From the NCBI GenBank assembly GCA_905479265.1, contig CAJQLX010000004.1, forward strand, positions 4,548-68,547: a DNA stretch of 64,000 bases, in the 5' to 3' direction. This document shows, one piece after another, positions 1 through 8,295 of the stretch. Source of the DNA: an uncultured Alphaproteobacteria bacterium. Its GTDB lineage: Bacteria; Pseudomonadota; Alphaproteobacteria; UBA7985. The notes beneath the pieces are model-generated. The model saw nothing but the letters and a program-made list of their open reading frames with translations, was not told the origin of the DNA and searched no databases. Every line of letters begins with the position of its first letter. Position 1 is the stretch's first letter. The position numbers and the translations under genes were made by a program.

Positions 1-131
1 GAGTCGTCATAATCCCCGTTCCACCTAATTTGGCCCACGCAAATGTGTCTTATCAAGTGCATTTGCACTACTTTCTCTCGTTAAGTATGTGATACGCTCT
101 CGAAATAGTGGAATCTATTTTGGAGCTTTCT

Positions 132-914
132 ATGGCGATCTTCAATATTTGGCCTAAGACGCTCAAGGCCGCTTTGGTCTTGTTGCTCACGGGGTTGAGC
201 CTCTCGTCTCCGGCAACGGCCCAGACCTACGCTGACGACTGGTGGGGCTATGTTATTCGCAACAATCTGGGAACCTTTACCTTGGGTCAGGATCTGGATT
301 TCTCCTGCTTGGCCGGTCGCGGTGAAGTGCTTGTTGCTGTCGCTATCGAGGCGGACGCCGCTCAAACCAAAATAGAGCTCCGCCATGGAAAGCATTCCTA
401 TCGCGCAAACGCGAAACGAAGGGTAGACGGCGCGTATATCTTCGCCGTCCCCCAACACCGCACCGCGGCGCTGTATCAACTGCTGACCGAGTTCCCGGAG
501 CTGAACGTTGAAACATCGATAGCCGCGCCCTTTATGGTCAAAACAGGAGCCAAAGCCGGATCAAAGGCTGGACAAGCGATGGAGCGGTTCTGCTCCCCCG
601 AGCGCAGCACGGCACAAACCGCGACCACCACCAACGCCACAGAAAACCTGCCCTGCTCTCAGGAAGGTCTCGCTCGGTCTGAGCAAAGCGCAGGCTCCCT
701 CCGGCTGAAGCTCACCAACCGAACCCGCTTGCCTCGGGTGGTTTTCTGGCTGGACCAAAGTGGGCAACGGCGCGACGCCACGCGCCTGAACCCCGGCCAA
801 TCCATCACCAAACGAACGCAGCCCGATCACGTCTGGCTGGCAGCAGATCGCAATGGAACGTGCAAAGAGATGGTGTTGGCGCGGGCCAGCGGTAAATTTG
901 TCATCAACCGCTAG
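132..914 (+). CDS. Secreted protein with C-terminal von Hippel-Lindau (VHL) beta-like domain
   Basis: TGGAG RBS precedes ATG 132. Signal-peptide-like N-terminus (ALVLLLTGLSLSSPATA-Q) and Thr-rich linker. C-terminal NRTRLPRVVFWLDQSG...LNPG...T..DHVW aligns without gaps to the VHL beta-domain pattern. Confidence 0.7.
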   Translation: MAIFNIWPKTLKAALVLLLTGLSLSSPATAQTYADDWWGYVIRNNLGTFTLGQDLDFSCLAGRGEVLVAVAIEADAAQTKIELRHGKHSYRANAKRRVDGAYIFAVPQHRTAALYQLLTEFPELNVETSIAAPFMVKTGAKAGSKAGQAMERFCSPERSTAQTATTTNATENLPCSQEGLARSEQSAGSLRLKLTNRTRLPRVVFWLDQSGQRRDATRLNPGQSITKRTQPDHVWLAADRNGTCKEMVLARASGKFVINR

Positions 915-1788
915 GGCTGGCGTCGGGGGTTTTGGTTCGGCGCTGTAGGGTGATAATCCCAACCCCGGCCAGAATAACCGCGCCACCGAGCAGGCTATTC
1001 AGGCTTGGGCGCTCGCCCAGAAACAGCATGCCGCCCAACGAAGCATAGAGCGGCAGCAGGAGCAGGAACGGCGCCACGCGCCCGACGTCGTGGCGGCGGA
1101 TCAGCGTATTCCACAGAAAGTAGCCAAAGGCTGTCATGACAATGCCAAGGTAAGCAACGGCGAGCCAAACGATGGGCTTTGCCTGCTGCACAGCCTGCAC
1201 CTGCCCCTCTTCGAACAATGCCGACATGACGAACAATTGCGGTGCTGCAAATACGGCGGTCCAAGCGGTCACGGTTAAGCCGTCGATATCCTTCATCCGT
1301 CGCACCATAATCTGTCCCAAGGCCCAACTCAGCGCCCCGCCGATCACCAAGCCAACGGCCCACACGTCCCCCTGAAACGTGCCAGGATTGGCGATCAGCC
1401 CAACGCCAATAAAGGCGACGACGATCCCAACCCATTTCCGCGCCTCCGGCTTTTCGCCGAGCAACACAGCACCGAGGATGACGAGAAAAGGCACTTCAAG
1501 CTGCACGATCAGCGCCGCGATACCCGCGTCCAAGCCCTTGAGACCTGTAAAAGTCAGGCTGTATTGAACAGCGCAGGCGACGATGGCTGTGCAGAACAAC
1601 CAGACGAGGTTTTTCCGCGGGATCGGTACAAACCACACCAGCAAAAAAGCGGTGAGCGTGAAGCGGAACCCCATCAGCAAAATCGGCGGAAACTGTTCGA
1701 TGGCACCTTTTGCCAAGACCAGACCCATGCCCCACACCAAGGGAACAGTGAGCGCCATCAAGACCTCAGTCGCACTCAACTTTCCCAT
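904..1788 (-). CDS. EamA/DMT family transporter
   Basis: About 10 hydrophobic helices in two EamA repeats (VWG...PPILLMGFRF, LGE motifs). Start taken at MGKLSAT. Confidence 0.9.
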   Translation of the reverse strand: MGKLSATEVLMALTVPLVWGMGLVLAKGAIEQFPPILLMGFRFTLTAFLLVWFVPIPRKNLVWLFCTAIVACAVQYSLTFTGLKGLDAGIAALIVQLEVPFLVILGAVLLGEKPEARKWVGIVVAFIGVGLIANPGTFQGDVWAVGLVIGGALSWALGQIMVRRMKDIDGLTVTAWTAVFAAPQLFVMSALFEEGQVQAVQQAKPIVWLAVAYLGIVMTAFGYFLWNTLIRRHDVGRVAPFLLLLPLYASLGGMLFLGERPSLNSLLGGAVILAGVGIITLQRRTKTPDASPSG

Positions 1789-1904
1789 CAATCGACGCTC
1801 CTCGACAAAACTCAACAGGCCACAGGTTTGCCCCTCAGAGCTGCAGCAGCCTGACACAAGGTCCGGCGCACGGGAAAGGAATTCTCAACCGGCGCTGTGC
1901 TGGC

Positions 1905-3362
1905 TCAGCTGGGGTTAAGGCGTGCGATGATCTCTTGTTGCTTATCGAACCACGGTGCCGCCTGCTCGATTTCCGCCGACAGGCTCATCAACGCCTCGTC
2001 TTCCCCAAACCGCATGGCGAAGTGAACGCCGATGGGCAGGTCATTGGCCGACCAATGCAGCGGCAGCGAGACCGCAGGCTGTCCGGTGGCGTTAAACGCC
2101 GCTGTGAAGGGCGAATACTCGAAAACGCCGCCCTTGCCGTTGCGGTATTCCCAAAAGTTATCGTTGTCCGGCTTAAGCTGACCAATGCGCGCCGGAGGCT
2201 GGCCGAGCGTTGCGGTGATCAAGACATCGAAGTCCGTCATCAAATGAGCCATTCGGCGGCCAAAGGCATGCACTTCGTTGACGGAATCCAGGTAATCTTC
2301 GCCTGATACGTCGCGCGCGTAGGCCACGGCCCCCCATGTCACCCCGTCCACCTGCGCCCGGTCTAGCGGCTGACCCGCCAGCGCCTTGCTGACCGACAGC
2401 GACGTGCCGCAGGCCACGACCTTTGTCCACGCGTGCATCATGTCCAGAGCCCGCAGGCTGTCGGGTATCTGGAGTTCTTCGACATGGTGCCCCAAGCGCT
2501 CCATCAGCCGTGCCGCACTCAGAACGGCGTCCTGACAGTCTTGGTGGATGGGATCGCCAGAAAGCGTCGTGGTCAAAAACCGAACCTTTAACCGCTGGGT
2601 TGGGCTTTGCTTTAGGGCGTCTTGAAAGCTGCCGGCCATTGGCGGTGCTGTGTAGGGCGCGCCGCTATCCATACCGGTGCAGGCGTCTAAAAAGGCGGCA
2701 GTATCGCGCAAAGACCGGGTGATAAAGCCGTCAATCGCCATGCCGCCCCATCCTTCGCCCGCCAACGGTCCGCTGGGCAGGCGCGCTCGGGTCGGCTTGA
2801 AACCAACCAAACCGCAAGATGAAGCTGGGATCCGCACAGAACCGCCACCATCCGAGCCGTGAGCCGCAGGGACGATCCCGGCCGCAACTGATGCTCCCGA
2901 TCCTCCGGATGAGCCACCCGGCGTGTGGTCGAGGTTCCACGGGTTCCGTGTCGGTGCGCCGTTAACCTGCCCTTCTGTCACCGGACCAACACCAAATTCC
3001 GGCGATGCGGTTCGGCCAAAGGTCACAACGCCCGTATCGCGAACCCGCTCAAACATGGCGGAATTCACGGGCCAACGCATATTTTCGCTGAGCTTCGACC
3101 CGTTGCTGGTCGGAAAATCGACTGCGGCCATCCCGAGGTCTTTTATCAGGAACGGCACGCCGGTGAAGGGACCGCCCGGCAAGCCTTCGTCGATGCTGCG
3201 ACGGGCCACGTCCTGACCGTCCACAACAATGGCATTGAGCGCGGGGTTGTGGGTCGCGGCAAGCTCCAGCGCGACGTTCAGCAATTCGCTTGGCGAGGCG
3301 TCCTTGCGGGCCACCATCTGGGCAAGGCCCGTTGCATCCTGCTTTAAATACTCCTGCTTCAT
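1905..3362 (-). CDS. Amidase signature family enzyme
   Basis: GVPFLIKD (Lys), PGGSSGGS and GSDGGGSVRIPAS (Ser-cisSer-Lys triad), LPIGVHF C-terminal motif. Confidence 0.92.
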   Translation of the reverse strand: MKQEYLKQDATGLAQMVARKDASPSELLNVALELAATHNPALNAIVVDGQDVARRSIDEGLPGGPFTGVPFLIKDLGMAAVDFPTSNGSKLSENMRWPVNSAMFERVRDTGVVTFGRTASPEFGVGPVTEGQVNGAPTRNPWNLDHTPGGSSGGSGASVAAGIVPAAHGSDGGGSVRIPASSCGLVGFKPTRARLPSGPLAGEGWGGMAIDGFITRSLRDTAAFLDACTGMDSGAPYTAPPMAGSFQDALKQSPTQRLKVRFLTTTLSGDPIHQDCQDAVLSAARLMERLGHHVEELQIPDSLRALDMMHAWTKVVACGTSLSVSKALAGQPLDRAQVDGVTWGAVAYARDVSGEDYLDSVNEVHAFGRRMAHLMTDFDVLITATLGQPPARIGQLKPDNDNFWEYRNGKGGVFEYSPFTAAFNATGQPAVSLPLHWSANDLPIGVHFAMRFGEDEALMSLSAEIEQAAPWFDKQQEIIARLNPS

Positions 3363-3543
3363 CACACCCTCCACAAAGCACAATCTCCCACCACTCACAC
3401 ACGGAGCGGCCCTTATCGGTTTTCATGTTGAAGGGTTTTTGGGGTCGTTGAAAAGCCTTGATTTGATCTTGACGTTCGCGCTGCTGCCCGCAGAGTGTCT
3501 TGTAGCGGCCATCAAAGCCGCCATGACGAGGGAGAAAAAGCCG

Positions 3544-4242
3544 ATGACCGTGGTGCTGCGGCATCTGTTGCAGATGCGAAACCTTCAATACCTTATGCCA
3601 TTCTATGCGCTTGGTTGGGCCGTGCTGGTGCTGAATTTCAGCCCGTGGCTGCTGCTGGCTGTGGCTTGGGGCTGCTTGCTGCAGTTCATGTTTGAATACG
3701 TCCTGCACCGCTTTGCCTATCACGGGACACCGCCGACCGACCAAAGCGCCTTTTCCAAGCTGTACCGCACCCACATTGCCCATCACGAATATCCGACCGA
3801 TCCGCGCTTTTTTGCCGGTGACGCGCCTTGGTACGGTGTGCGGGTTTCTGCCTTGGTCGTTGGCCTGCACACGCTGGCGCTCTGGGCGTTCATGGGCTTT
3901 GGCGGCGCGCTGGTGGCCGGGACCACGGCGACCTTTGTCGGCGGGATCAGCGCGTATCTGTTCTATGAATACTGCCACACGCTGGCTCACCTGCCGGTCC
4001 ACAAAGGCCGCTTTGGTCGCTGGGTGACGCGCACGCACCTCGCCCACCATTTCCAAGATCACCACGCGACCTTTCACGTCAGCGCCGGCATGGGATGGAT
4101 CGATTGGGTGCTGGGGACGGCCTTTGACAAGCAACAGGCCAAGGACCGGTTTGACGCGGAAACACACGCCAGTCTGGGCATGGCCAAGGATGACCCTCGG
4201 CTGGTCACGGCTCGCCATGAACTGGGGCTGGACCGGTCCTAA
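3544..4242 (+). CDS. Fatty acid hydroxylase / sterol desaturase family membrane di-iron enzyme
   Basis: His boxes EYVLHRFAYH, HIAHH, YEYCHTLAH and HLAHH with TM segments. GGGAG RBS before ATG 3544; ATG 3523 is an alternative start. Confidence 0.85.
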   Translation: MTVVLRHLLQMRNLQYLMPFYALGWAVLVLNFSPWLLLAVAWGCLLQFMFEYVLHRFAYHGTPPTDQSAFSKLYRTHIAHHEYPTDPRFFAGDAPWYGVRVSALVVGLHTLALWAFMGFGGALVAGTTATFVGGISAYLFYEYCHTLAHLPVHKGRFGRWVTRTHLAHHFQDHHATFHVSAGMGWIDWVLGTAFDKQQAKDRFDAETHASLGMAKDDPRLVTARHELGLDRS

Positions 4243-4246
4243 CCGC

Positions 4247-4274
4247 GGCTTTGGCTTTGGCTTTGGCTTTGGCT
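4247..4274. repeat. Tandem hexamer (GGCTTT)x4 plus GGCT
   Basis: Read directly. It fills nearly all of the gap between two convergent stop codons. Confidence 0.9.
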
Positions 4275-4882
4275 CAGTCCATAACCATGGAAAACTGCGC
4301 CAGCAGCTTGGAAATCCCCGCTGCGTCCAAGCCCGGCGGCACTTCGAACAGCGCCTGACGCGCCGTGACCTGCTTTGGCGCAACCAAAGTTTCAACGATG
4401 TGGTAATAGCCCCGTTCGGTATAGTCATCGAACAGAATGCGCGTGCCGGGCGTGGCGTTGAGCAAGCACGTCAGAAAGCACGCCACCCGAAACCGCCCAT
4501 CGACCAAAACCAATTGCGGGTCAAAATCCTGTATCCACGGTCCGGCCAAATAGTCGGGAATGGCATCGCGGCGCTCATAGGACTTGGGAAAGCCCCAGTT
4601 GCCCACGGGCCCAAGATCCACGTGCAGCAACGATGTCCGGGACCGCGCTGCCTCATCCAAGTCAGCCCAAACCCGGTCTCGCCACGCCAGCGAAGTATCC
4701 ACAGCCTGAATGCGCGCTGACGTGGATTGGGCCACAGCACGGGTTGATTGCCCCATGCCATACTCCCCATAGCGCTCAACACCGCGCAGCGCGTCGAGGA
4801 ACAGACCGTCGTGACCGTCAAACAGGGGCTCAGGCGCCGCTGCGAGTGGTGGTTGGAGCTGTGGTGGTGTGGGGGTCGTCAT
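4274..4882 (-). CDS. Hypothetical protein, class I SAM-methyltransferase-like fold
   Basis: YGEYGMGQST (motif I-like), AVDT..W, LVLVDGRFR and ILFDDY motifs. Confidence 0.55.
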   Translation of the reverse strand: MTTPTPPQLQPPLAAAPEPLFDGHDGLFLDALRGVERYGEYGMGQSTRAVAQSTSARIQAVDTSLAWRDRVWADLDEAARSRTSLLHVDLGPVGNWGFPKSYERRDAIPDYLAGPWIQDFDPQLVLVDGRFRVACFLTCLLNATPGTRILFDDYTERGYYHIVETLVAPKQVTARQALFEVPPGLDAAGISKLLAQFSMVMD

Positions 4883-4967
4883 TGCTGTGTGGTCCTTTTG
4901 GCGCTGACAGGGAGGATGCCCATTCACAGCAGGCTACAGCATTCCATGCTTGCCGTCCCTCACCACC

Positions 4968-5007
4968 AAAAGAAAAAGCCCGGCCCCCATGATGGGAGCC
5001 GGGCTTC
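4968..5007 (-). terminator. Rho-independent terminator of the proteorhodopsin gene
   Basis: AAGCCCGGC...GCCGGGCTT stem followed on the minus strand by a U-rich tract, about 25 bp after the rhodopsin stop. Confidence 0.8.
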
Positions 5008-5031
5008 TATAAGGCGGATAGAAGCGAACGC

Positions 5032-5739
5032 TTAAGCGCGGCTTTCGTCCGAAGTCGCAGCGGCCCAAATGACGACACCGAATGCGATCTTGTTTACAAA
5101 GTCTGCAAGGTTGTAAATCAGGTTCAACGTGCCATCGCCCTCGAGCATGCCCGCGTAACCCAAAATGTAACCCAGTGGGTAAATCGCCCAACCAACCGTT
5201 ACAATCCAACGCAGTGCGTTGAATGCGGACTTGGACGCTTGAGTACCCTGAGAAGCGTTGATCTTGGATGCTTCACCCGCGAAGATTTCGTAGATGATGT
5301 AAACCCAAGCCGCTGTACCGACGATGAAACCACCCCACAGCAGGCCACCATTGGCGATGTTGGTTTCGCCAACGAAACCTGCCAACAGCATGACTACGGA
5401 TGCGATGAGCAAACGCCAGAACAGAGAAGCGCCAACCACAGCAATCGCCGTCAAGATCAGGTAGAATTCTACGATCTGCAACGGAACCGTCAGCAACCAA
5501 TCAACATAGCGGAATACGGTCGGGCTTTCGCCAGTTTCGACCCAAACACCGCGCATATAGAAATAGTGCAGTGCCGCAATACCCGTAACCATCGCGGCAA
5601 CGGTGAGTGATGTCTTCCACTTGCCTACAGCGCGATCACGCTCGACAAAGAAGAAATAGGTCGCCGCAAGCATGGCGGCGGAAATAATCCAAAACGAGAC
5701 GCCAACTGGATCGCTGGGATCTAAGCCTGTTTTCTCCAT
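5032..5739 (-). CDS. Proteorhodopsin, DTE proton pump, blue-absorbing type (Q105)
   Basis: 7 TM helices. RYVDWLLTVPLQIVEF gives D97/T101/Q105/E108 equivalents, ALHY gives H75, and YNLADFVNK carries the retinal Lys. GGAGG RBS. Confidence 0.96.
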   Translation of the reverse strand: MEKTGLDPSDPVGVSFWIISAAMLAATYFFFVERDRAVGKWKTSLTVAAMVTGIAALHYFYMRGVWVETGESPTVFRYVDWLLTVPLQIVEFYLILTAIAVVGASLFWRLLIASVVMLLAGFVGETNIANGGLLWGGFIVGTAAWVYIIYEIFAGEASKINASQGTQASKSAFNALRWIVTVGWAIYPLGYILGYAGMLEGDGTLNLIYNLADFVNKIAFGVVIWAAATSDESRA

Positions 5740-6074
5740 TACTGGACCTCCTTCAAAAAAACATGCGCGTGTGAAACTGAAGTATTCCTACATTTTGGCA
5801 ATACACCATGACCAACTAATCGCAATTTTTTTGATATTTTCTTATCTTTTTCGTGTCGATTCTATCATTTCGGTGCTCTTTTATCCTCAAATGACCAACT
5901 ATCATACATGCTAAGAGGCGAATGTTTTTCAAATATTCATATATGCGCAATTTGGTATATATCGAGAATATCCATCATTTTATGCGTTTTGGAGCGTAGG
6001 AGATGCCCAAAACGGGGTGGGTAAATGCGCCAAATTTTGTGGCGCATTCTTCAGATTGCATCATTCGATGGGTC

Positions 6075-6272
6075 TTAGTGGAAGTACAGGACGTAGATCA
6101 TCCCAATGACGCACATACACAGCACCGTGGTCGCGAAGCCCAAAATGGAGCCAAGCCGCGAAAAGGCAGTGCGCTCGGGTTCGAGTTCGTAACGCAGGTA
6201 TGGGTCAGATGATGGCGACTGCCGGGGTACCCGATCGCCGTAGGATGAGTAAGTCCACTGTGGTTGTGTCAT
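6075..6272 (-). CDS. Small single-TM hypothetical protein (65 aa)
   Basis: ATG-started ORF with one C-terminal hydrophobic helix. No recognised family. Confidence 0.45.
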   Translation of the reverse strand: MTQPQWTYSSYGDRVPRQSPSSDPYLRYELEPERTAFSRLGSILGFATTVLCMCVIGMIYVLYFH

Positions 6273-6484
6273 GGCTCTAAAATTCGATAGTTAAAAACGG
6301 CTAACTATCCGCCCCATAACTACTATTTTGCCATTATTCTTCACATTATGGACAATATGCGCGCCCATTTTCCCCTTTATGGCGAAGCAACACCTGCAAA
6401 ACAGATAGGCTCACCCGGACAGCTACGACCTGTGAGCGCTGTCAGAGTCGGTTTGCTGCAAGGCTGTAAAACGGGACAGCCGCT

Positions 6485-7846
6485 TTACTGCCAGCGCACG
6501 TCTTGGCGCGAAAGCTCCTGCTGAATCGCAGGCATATCGGGCGCGTCGAATGACCAATTATGCTTAATGGAGAGCGCCGCCGCGATGCCTGCACCCTGCC
6601 CTGATACAGCGCAGCACGCCATGTTTCGTGTTGCAGCGTGGGCCACTTTATCGCCGCCGGTAGAGCGCCCCGCAACCAGCAGATTGTCCACGCCCTTTGG
6701 CACCATCGACAAGAAAGGCACATGCATGTAGCGGCCCGTCGTCGGCAGAATCAGAATGCCGTAACCGTCAATGAACTCGGGATAGATGCCGATGCTGTCT
6801 TCGAATCGACCTTCGTGGCGCACATCGTCTTCGGTCATGTTGTAGAGCGCATCGATTTTGCGCGTGTCGCGGATCCCGATGCTCATGCCAAAGTTTCGCA
6901 GGCGCGCGCCCTCGCAGCCCGGCGTGTATCGCTTGAGCGCTTCGATGGCGAGCATCGCTTGGCGACGGCCTTCGATTTCCCACTCGGTCAGGCTGTCTGG
7001 ATCCGTTCCATCCACGCCCGCCAAATGGATGAGGTTCATGTAGGTCATCTCACCGCTGTCATGTACGGCGCCCCATGTTCCGGCGATGGTGTTCAAATGC
7101 GCAGGGATCAACCCGTCTTTGATGGCTTGCTCAAAGGGTTTGCCGAGATAGGGCGAAAACATCTCGTCTTCTTTGCCTGACGTTTCAATCTGCCACTCCC
7201 CGCTCGACCAACTGCTGTACGTCGAGGGGTTCTCGCGGATCCCCTGCATAAATTTCTGCTTGTCCACGCCAGCCATGTGAAACATGACCGAAGCGGCCTG
7301 TAGTTCTTCGATCGGCGTCGATTTCATGGGCGCGCCAGCCCTCAAAGCGACATCCGCGTCACCGGTGGCGTCAATCACCCGCTTGGCCAAAATCGCTTCC
7401 CGCCCGGCTTTGCTTTCCACAATAACGCCCGTAATGGTGCGCCCTTCCATGATGGGCGCAACGAACTGGCGGTGCAGCATGGGATGGATCCCGGCTTCGA
7501 GCACCAGGTTATCCGCAACGAGCTTGAAGCCCTCAGAGTCCAATTCGTAAGACAGAGATTGGCTTTCCGGCACAGCAGCCCCGGCCGCTTTGGCCCGTTC
7601 TTCAAATTCCCAACCTATACCGCCCGCTTCGACGGTTTGCTCATGACGGTACCAGGCGAAGCCTTCGACGCCGACAACGGTGATGTTGCCGCCAAAACAA
7701 CCAAACCGCTCCAACAAGGTCACGCTCACCCCTGTCCGTGCTGCCGCCAAAGCCGCAGCCAGTCCGCCGGGGCCAGAGCCGACAACTAAGACGTCCGTTT
7801 GATGAACGACAGGCGTTTCGCGCGGGGGCTCTTGAACCGTAATCAT
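6485..7846 (-). CDS. FAD-dependent oxidoreductase (FAD_oxidored-type)
   Basis: VVGSGPGG Rossmann motif, VIDATGDAD, GIRDTRKI, NLLVAGRS...GQGAGIAAA. Confidence 0.88.
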   Translation of the reverse strand: MITVQEPPRETPVVHQTDVLVVGSGPGGLAAALAAARTGVSVTLLERFGCFGGNITVVGVEGFAWYRHEQTVEAGGIGWEFEERAKAAGAAVPESQSLSYELDSEGFKLVADNLVLEAGIHPMLHRQFVAPIMEGRTITGVIVESKAGREAILAKRVIDATGDADVALRAGAPMKSTPIEELQAASVMFHMAGVDKQKFMQGIRENPSTYSSWSSGEWQIETSGKEDEMFSPYLGKPFEQAIKDGLIPAHLNTIAGTWGAVHDSGEMTYMNLIHLAGVDGTDPDSLTEWEIEGRRQAMLAIEALKRYTPGCEGARLRNFGMSIGIRDTRKIDALYNMTEDDVRHEGRFEDSIGIYPEFIDGYGILILPTTGRYMHVPFLSMVPKGVDNLLVAGRSTGGDKVAHAATRNMACCAVSGQGAGIAAALSIKHNWSFDAPDMPAIQQELSRQDVRWQ

Positions 7847-8295
7847 GGCGGAATTCTTTGCACAGGTTGATCAATCAGCAGGGAAAAGAGCACGGATCCG
7901 GGCGCAAGAACAGCCCTCGCAGACAGACCGATTTACGCGCGAAAGACACGACGCTGGTTGCCGTCAAAGACGGGTGAGCGGGATGCTTCTCACCAACCAA
8001 GCGCGCCGATGTTGAGAAATCTTCCGAAGCACATATCCAAGTTGCTCCCATATCTTAGTATGTTTTCATTGGGCAATTAGCAGCATTGCGTTTAATGTAT
8101 GGTGGCAAAATGGAATGTCACTGTCGTTTTGGCAGGATTCATCGACCACCGCTCGCACTGGGTAAGGACCGCAATGGCCAACAGCTGCGTTTGGGGTCGC
8201 CTGTCTTGGACATTCTGTTTCGGCAAACAGAAGTGTGATCCGCCAAAGTTGGGAGACTGGATCGGCTTCTGGAGACAGTAACGAAGGAGGAAACC

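Noticed and set aside
3049-4428. 459-aa minus-strand ORF containing a PKPKPKP run
   Set aside because: Antisense or off-frame shadow of the hydroxylase, amidase and methyltransferase-like genes. The PK run is simply the GGCTTT repeat.
5280-5360. Carotenoid-antenna fenestration Gly in rhodopsin helix E (WGG)
   Set aside because: Aligning on G-x-x-x-W (FIVGTAAW) places Phe, not Gly, at the fenestration position.
8240-8295. Glycine riboswitch
   Set aside because: Has GGAGA and CGAAGG words but no CTCAGG elements or tandem aptamer layout. Kept only as a generic structured leader.
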